The position numbers and the translations under genes are program-made. Below the pieces are notes generated by a model. The model worked only from the letters and a program-made list of their open reading frames with translations. It had not been told where the DNA came from and ran no database searches. Shown in pieces: positions 23,698 through 28,155 of a DNA stretch of 28,155 nucleotides. This stretch comes from Laspinema palackyanum D2b (GTDB lineage Bacteria > Cyanobacteriota > Cyanobacteriia > Cyanobacteriales > Laspinemataceae): assembly GCF_025370835.1 (NCBI RefSeq), contig NZ_JAMXFE010000013.1; one strand, written 5' to 3'. How positions within the stretch are numbered: position 1 is the stretch's first letter; every line of letters starts with the position of its first letter.

Positions 23698-25281
23698 CTA
23701 CCGACTGCTACCAATTGCCGGAGCTTCCATTGGTTCTCCTAACGCAACCGATGCGCCTTCCGCCAACGTTGGTACTGAGTTCCGCAATCTGGCAGTTAGC
23801 TGTACCGTGGTGGCATCATAGATTTGGGTGAGAATCTTGGGATATAAACCAATCCCAATAATCGGCACCAGCAGGCAAGCAATGATAAACACTTCCCGAG
23901 GTTCGGAATCAATCAGGGCTTCATGTTCGACTAATTCCTTATTCTCTGGTCCATATAGCATTTCTCGCAACATGGACAACAGATAAATCGGAGTGAGAAT
24001 GACCCCGACTGCCGCTAAGAAGACGATGACGACGCGGAAGGTTAGGCTGTAGGCATCGCTGGTGGCAAAACCAACAAACACCATTAATTCAGCCACAAAT
24101 CCACTCATTCCCGGCAACGCTAAGGAAGCTAAAGAACAGGTGGTCCACATGGCAAAGGACTTTTTCATCTTTTTGCCAATGCCGCCCATTTCATCCAGCA
24201 TCAGGGTATGGGTGCGATCGTAGGTTGCTCCCACCATGAAGAACAAACTCGCCCCAATTAGTCCGTGAGAGACCATTTGTAAGACAGCCCCGCTTAATCC
24301 TAAATCGGTGAATGACCCAATCCCGATTAACACAAATCCCATGTGAGAAATGGAGGAATAGGCAATCTTCCGTTTGAGGTTGCGCTGTGCGAAAGAGGTA
24401 AGAGCGGCATAAATGATATTCACCACCCCGAGGATGACTAACATCGGTGCGAACACCGCGTGCGCGTCGGGTAACATTTGGGCATTCATGCGGATGATGG
24501 CGTATCCCCCCATCTTCAGCAGAATCCCGGCGAGTAACATATGCACTGGGGCGGTGGCTTCACCGTGAGCATCGGGTAACCAGGTATGCAGGGGGAAGAT
24601 GGGCAGTTTGACGCCGTAGGCAATTAAAAATGCTGCATAGAGCAACAGTTCTAAGTTAATGGCGTAATCCTTCGCCGCCAGGGACTGCATATCAAAGGTG
24701 ACGGTATCCCCGTAGAAGGCCATTGCGAGGCCCGCCAGCAGAATAAACAGGGAACCGCCTGCGGTGTAGAGGATAAATTTGGTGGCTGCATAGAGGCGTT
24801 TTTTACCGCCCCAGATGGAGAGCAGCAGGTACACCGGAATCAGTTCCAATTCCCACACCAGGAAGAACAAGAGCATATCCTGGACGGCAAAGACGGCGAT
24901 TTGTCCGCCATACATGGCCAAAATCAAGAAGAAAAAGAGTTTTGGCTTTAAGGTGACGGGCCAGGAGGCCAAGATTGCCAGGGTGGTGATAAATCCGGTG
25001 AGGATAATCAGGGGCATGGATAAGCCATCGGCCCCGACTGACCAGTTGAGGTCTAAGGCAGGCACCCAAGAATAGCTTTCAAAAAGCTGGATGTTGGGGT
25101 TGCTGAGGTCGTAATGATTACAGAAGGTGTAGACAATCAGGGCAAAGTCCATGAGTCCGACGATTAGGGCATACCAACGCACCGTGCGCCCATCTTTATC
25201 GGGGATAACAGGGATGAGTAGGGATGCCGCGATCGGAAACAGGATAATTGTAGTCAGCCAAGGAAATTCAGCCATGTTCAT
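23698..25281 (-). CDS. ndhD: NAD(P)H-quinone oxidoreductase subunit 4 (NdhD, NuoM-like), 527 aa. It is likely the D1-type paralogue.
   Basis: The N-terminus [27 protein letters not shown] is typical. It is a multi-TM antiporter-like subunit, and its length fits NdhD1/D2. Confidence 0.9.
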   Translation of the reverse strand: MNMAEFPWLTTIILFPIAASLLIPVIPDKDGRTVRWYALIVGLMDFALIVYTFCNHYDLSNPNIQLFESYSWVPALDLNWSVGADGLSMPLIILTGFITTLAILASWPVTLKPKLFFFLILAMYGGQIAVFAVQDMLLFFLVWELELIPVYLLLSIWGGKKRLYAATKFILYTAGGSLFILLAGLAMAFYGDTVTFDMQSLAAKDYAINLELLLYAAFLIAYGVKLPIFPLHTWLPDAHGEATAPVHMLLAGILLKMGGYAIIRMNAQMLPDAHAVFAPMLVILGVVNIIYAALTSFAQRNLKRKIAYSSISHMGFVLIGIGSFTDLGLSGAVLQMVSHGLIGASLFFMVGATYDRTHTLMLDEMGGIGKKMKKSFAMWTTCSLASLALPGMSGFVAELMVFVGFATSDAYSLTFRVVIVFLAAVGVILTPIYLLSMLREMLYGPENKELVEHEALIDSEPREVFIIACLLVPIIGIGLYPKILTQIYDATTVQLTARLRNSVPTLAEGASVALGEPMEAPAIGSSR

Positions 25282-25427
25282 AGATCGCTATCAAAATTCA
25301 TCAAAAATACTAAATCCGGTCGTTAGTTAAAAGGCTTTTGCTCTGACGCCGCGCAGGCGGGCTTTGTCCGTATAGCCCCACCCTTGACGGGTGCGGGTTT
25401 TTATCCAACCGGATTGAGTAGGCCGAC

Positions 25428-25499
25428 CTCTTGCACAATTCCGGAGAGATCCCCCCAACCCCCCTTAAAAAGGGGGGCTTAAGAGAATTCTGCAAGAAG
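25428..25499. repeat. Palindromic dispersed repeat R3, copy 2, in the ndhF-ndhD spacer.
   Basis: It aligns with 7866..7937. The core is GAGATCCCCCCAACCCCCCTTAAAAAGGGGGGCTT. Confidence 0.7.
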
Positions 25500-25601
25500 T
25501 CTAGTATAGAAAACTCACCCGTCACACTACAGAAGCCAGAATTAACTCCGAGGCAAGGATGCTGGAATTCTGGCTTCTGCTTGGGCGACAGATGAATTGG
25601 G

Positions 25602-27671
25602 TTAAGTCACGCCGGAGAGAATGACTAAGCCGAGAACCGCCACAAAGACGATCAAGGCGTAGAATTGGGCGCGACCGTTTTCAAAGTATTTGAGTCCTTC
25701 GCCACTGATGACGGTAATCAACCCGGTGAGGTTGACGGCCCCATCAACGACGCGATAATCGACTTCCATCACCTGTCTGGCTAACCGGCGAGAACCGAGG
25801 ACAAACAGGGAGTTGTAGATTTCGTCAAAGTACCATTTCTTGCGAGAAAGCAAGTAGAGGGGTTTGATTTGGGAGGCGATCGCCTTCGGGTCGATTTTCC
25901 GACTCAAGTACATCAGGGATGCCAAGGTAATCCCAATCAACGCAATTCCCACGGAACTACCGCCCATGACCAAGAATTCGGTGAGGTTGAATTCTTCGGC
26001 GTGTTCGGCAATTTCCAGCATGGATTCACTGGGAGGGTGAATAAACTGCTCAAAGTAATTGGCAAAGGGAGTCCCCACCAACCCAATCAGGACCGAGGGC
26101 ACGGCCAGGGCCATCAACGGGAAGGTCATGCTCAGGGGGGACTCATGGGGATATTCGCTGTGGTGACCGTGAGAGTGGTCATCGTGGCTGGCTTCTAGTT
26201 CCCGAGGGTCCATTGCACCAGGACCAAAGGCGAGGATGGGTTCCCCGGCTTCGGCTTCGGTTTTGAGTTGGTGACGAATCTCGGTGTCGTTGCCTCGGAA
26301 GGGTCCTTCAAAGGTCATGAAGTACATCCGGAACATATAGAAGGCAGTCATCCCGGCAGTCAGCCAGCCGACGCCCCAGAGGGCAGGATTGGCTTCAAAG
26401 GCGGCCCCGAGGATTTCGTCTTTGGACCAGAATCCGGCAAAGGGCGGGATTCCACAAATGGCCAGGGTGCCGATCGCAAAAGTAATCGCGGTAATCGGCA
26501 TGAATTTCCGCAGTCCACCCATTAACCGCATATCTTGGGCCAGGGTGGGGTCATGACCCACCACTTCTTCCATGCCATGAATCACGGATCCAGACCCGAG
26601 AAACAGCATGGCTTTGAAGTAGGCATGGGTCATCAGGTGAAAGAGTCCGGCGCTGTAGGCCCCGATTCCCATTGCCATGACCATGTAACCCAATTGGGAC
26701 ATGGTGGAGTAGGCTAACCCTTTTTTGATGTCGGTTTGGGTGAGGGCGATCGTAGCCCCCAGGAAGGCGGTGAAACATCCGGTCCAGGCAATGACGGTCA
26801 TTGCGCTGGGGATATGTTCAAAGACGGGATACATCCGGGCGATTAAGAAGACTCCGGCAGCCACCATCGTGGCGGCGTGGATTAAAGCCGAGATGGGGGT
26901 GGGGCCTTCCATTGCGTCCGGTAGCCAGACGTGCAGGGGGAATTGAGCGGATTTGGCAACAGGTCCGAGAAAGACTAAGACGGCTAAGAGGGCTGCGACG
27001 CCTCCACCGATCGCCCCGGATTGGACGAGATCTTGCAGGCGATCGCCCATGATTTGAAAATCAAAACTATCCGTTGCCCAATATAAGCCCAACATCCCCA
27101 ACAGCAGACCAAAGTCGCCAACGCGGTTGGTGACAAAGGCTTTTTGACAAGCATCTGCTGCCGGTTTGCGATCGAACCAAAATCCGATCAGCAAATAGGA
27201 ACACATCCCAACGAGTTCCCAGAAGATATAAACCTGAACCAGGTTCGGACTGATCACCAGCCCCAACATTGAGGAGCTAAACAGGCTCAGATAGGTGTAA
27301 AAGCGCACATATCCGGGATCATGAGCCATGTAGCCATCGGTGTAAATCATCACCAACAGGGCCACGGTGGTCACGATCGCCAGCATCAGCGCCGAGAGGT
27401 GGTCAATGGTGTAACCCATTGTTAGGTGAAAATTCCCCGCCGCCGCCCATTCCAGACTGTACGTGTAGGGTTCATGGCCTTGGATTTGACTCCAGAGCAA
27501 GGCAAAGGACAAAACCATTGCTGCACCTACGGAGGAGACCAAGAATGCGGCAGTCGCTTGCCGCAGATTATTGGTCGTCTTGTTATAAGAAATCAGGCCC
27601 AGGCCGACCAGCATTGCCCCTAATAAAGGCAAAACTGGAATCAGCCAAGCATACTGATAAATTGGTTCCAT
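25602..27671 (-). CDS. ndhF: NAD(P)H-quinone oxidoreductase subunit 5 (NdhF, NuoL-like), 689 aa. The long C-terminal arm is present, so it is probably F1-type.
   Basis: The N-terminus MEPIYQYAWLIPVLPLLGA is typical. The length of ~690 aa is consistent with NdhF1 rather than the shorter CO2-uptake F3/F4 paralogues. Confidence 0.9.
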   Translation of the reverse strand: MEPIYQYAWLIPVLPLLGAMLVGLGLISYNKTTNNLRQATAAFLVSSVGAAMVLSFALLWSQIQGHEPYTYSLEWAAAGNFHLTMGYTIDHLSALMLAIVTTVALLVMIYTDGYMAHDPGYVRFYTYLSLFSSSMLGLVISPNLVQVYIFWELVGMCSYLLIGFWFDRKPAADACQKAFVTNRVGDFGLLLGMLGLYWATDSFDFQIMGDRLQDLVQSGAIGGGVAALLAVLVFLGPVAKSAQFPLHVWLPDAMEGPTPISALIHAATMVAAGVFLIARMYPVFEHIPSAMTVIAWTGCFTAFLGATIALTQTDIKKGLAYSTMSQLGYMVMAMGIGAYSAGLFHLMTHAYFKAMLFLGSGSVIHGMEEVVGHDPTLAQDMRLMGGLRKFMPITAITFAIGTLAICGIPPFAGFWSKDEILGAAFEANPALWGVGWLTAGMTAFYMFRMYFMTFEGPFRGNDTEIRHQLKTEAEAGEPILAFGPGAMDPRELEASHDDHSHGHHSEYPHESPLSMTFPLMALAVPSVLIGLVGTPFANYFEQFIHPPSESMLEIAEHAEEFNLTEFLVMGGSSVGIALIGITLASLMYLSRKIDPKAIASQIKPLYLLSRKKWYFDEIYNSLFVLGSRRLARQVMEVDYRVVDGAVNLTGLITVISGEGLKYFENGRAQFYALIVFVAVLGLVILSGVT

Positions 27672-28016
27672 CGCTGACGCCCACTTAAATACTTCTTTAC
27701 TGAGTTAACTCACTGGTTAACATTTTGACATAGACCCGCCATAGAAACGGGAGACTAGGGATATCATAGCGATATTCACTCATTTGCATTTTTGGAGTTC
27801 TCTGATATAATCTGCGCTCCTTAAAGAAAGAGCCTTGCGCCAGGGATTCTCCTCACCCCTGAACCCCAAAGGAAAAACCCCACCCAGATTAGACCAGATG
27901 GGGTTTAGCGGTTCCCATTTTTAAGCCCCAGCCACGGGATGACCAGCAGTACAGTGACCCTGATTAACCCAGAAAAAAGCTGCTGGCTGTAAAAAATTCC
28001 TGACGAGAGATTCTCA

Positions 28017-28155
28017 TCAGGAATTGATGGCCGGTTGTAACTGGGAGTAAGAGTGCAACTTTTGAGTGTTCAGGAGCAGGGACCTTAATTCACGAGTTAA
28101 GTCATCCCGTCCTTGGAATCCTTCAATGCGATGGATAATGGATCCTCCATCAAAC
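28017..28155 (-). CDS. Possible 3' end (46 codons) of a gene that continues beyond the window: ...FDGGSIIHRIEGFQGRDDLTRELRSLLLNTQKLHSYSQLQPAINS*.
   Basis: An open frame reaches the window edge and ends at a TGA (plus strand TCA at 28017-28019). It is too short to assess. Confidence 0.3.
   Translation of the reverse strand, partial: FDGGSIIHRIEGFQGRDDLTRELRSLLLNTQKLHSYSQLQPAINS

Noticed and set aside
27881-27912. Possible hairpin AAACCCCACCCAGATTAGACCAGATGGGGTTT upstream of ndhF.
   Set aside because: The stem is only CCCCA/TGGGG with a long loop. The internal CCAGAT units are direct, not inverted, repeats. There is no U-run in the relevant orientation. It is weak.

Overview
This 28.2-kb window is chromosomal DNA from a cyanobacterium. 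The evidence is dense HIP1 octamers (GCGATCGC), ndhF/ndhD, a Cry-DASH photolyase, and PEP-CTERM and MORN proteins. Gene order, with strand: (i) a 5'-truncated giant beta-rich outer-membrane-type protein (1..4140, +). (ii) A 1027-aa secreted protein with three DUF11 'conserved repeat' domains (4137..7220, +), overlapping it by 4 bp. (iii) A small lipoprotein (7353..7814, +), then a palindromic repeat carrying a rho-independent terminator. (iv) A class I SAM methyltransferase (+). (v) A proline-rich repetitive lipoprotein with a small C-terminal beta domain (+). (vi) A secreted MORN-repeat protein (+). (vii) Two divergent hypothetical genes. (viii) A Gfo/Idh/MocA oxidoreductase (-) flanked by a hairpin MITE family. 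(ix) gshB (-) and grxC (-), separated by a textbook bidirectional terminator. (x) A PEP-CTERM protein (-). (xi) hflX (-). (xii) An orphan ribbon-helix-helix antitoxin-like gene (-) inside a ~1-kb segment bounded by 56-bp direct repeats. (xiii) About 1 kb of non-coding DNA with hairpins and a 28-bp perfect palindrome. (xiv) lepB (+) carrying a duplicated N-terminal membrane module. (xv) Cry-DASH (-), with MITE copies at both ends. (xvi) ndhD (-) and ndhF (-), with a second copy of the palindromic repeat between them. The best candidate for an undescribed system is the coupled triplet at 1..7814: giant Ig-domain plus beta-barrel-like protein, DUF11 surface protein, lipoprotein. The most striking non-genic signal is a MITE family with terminal inverted repeats GTTTGTAGTAAC. 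It forms a tandem array, and it also supplies in-frame start codons and the stop codon of Cry-DASH. All calls were made by eye from the sequence and the ORF track. No database searches were run.
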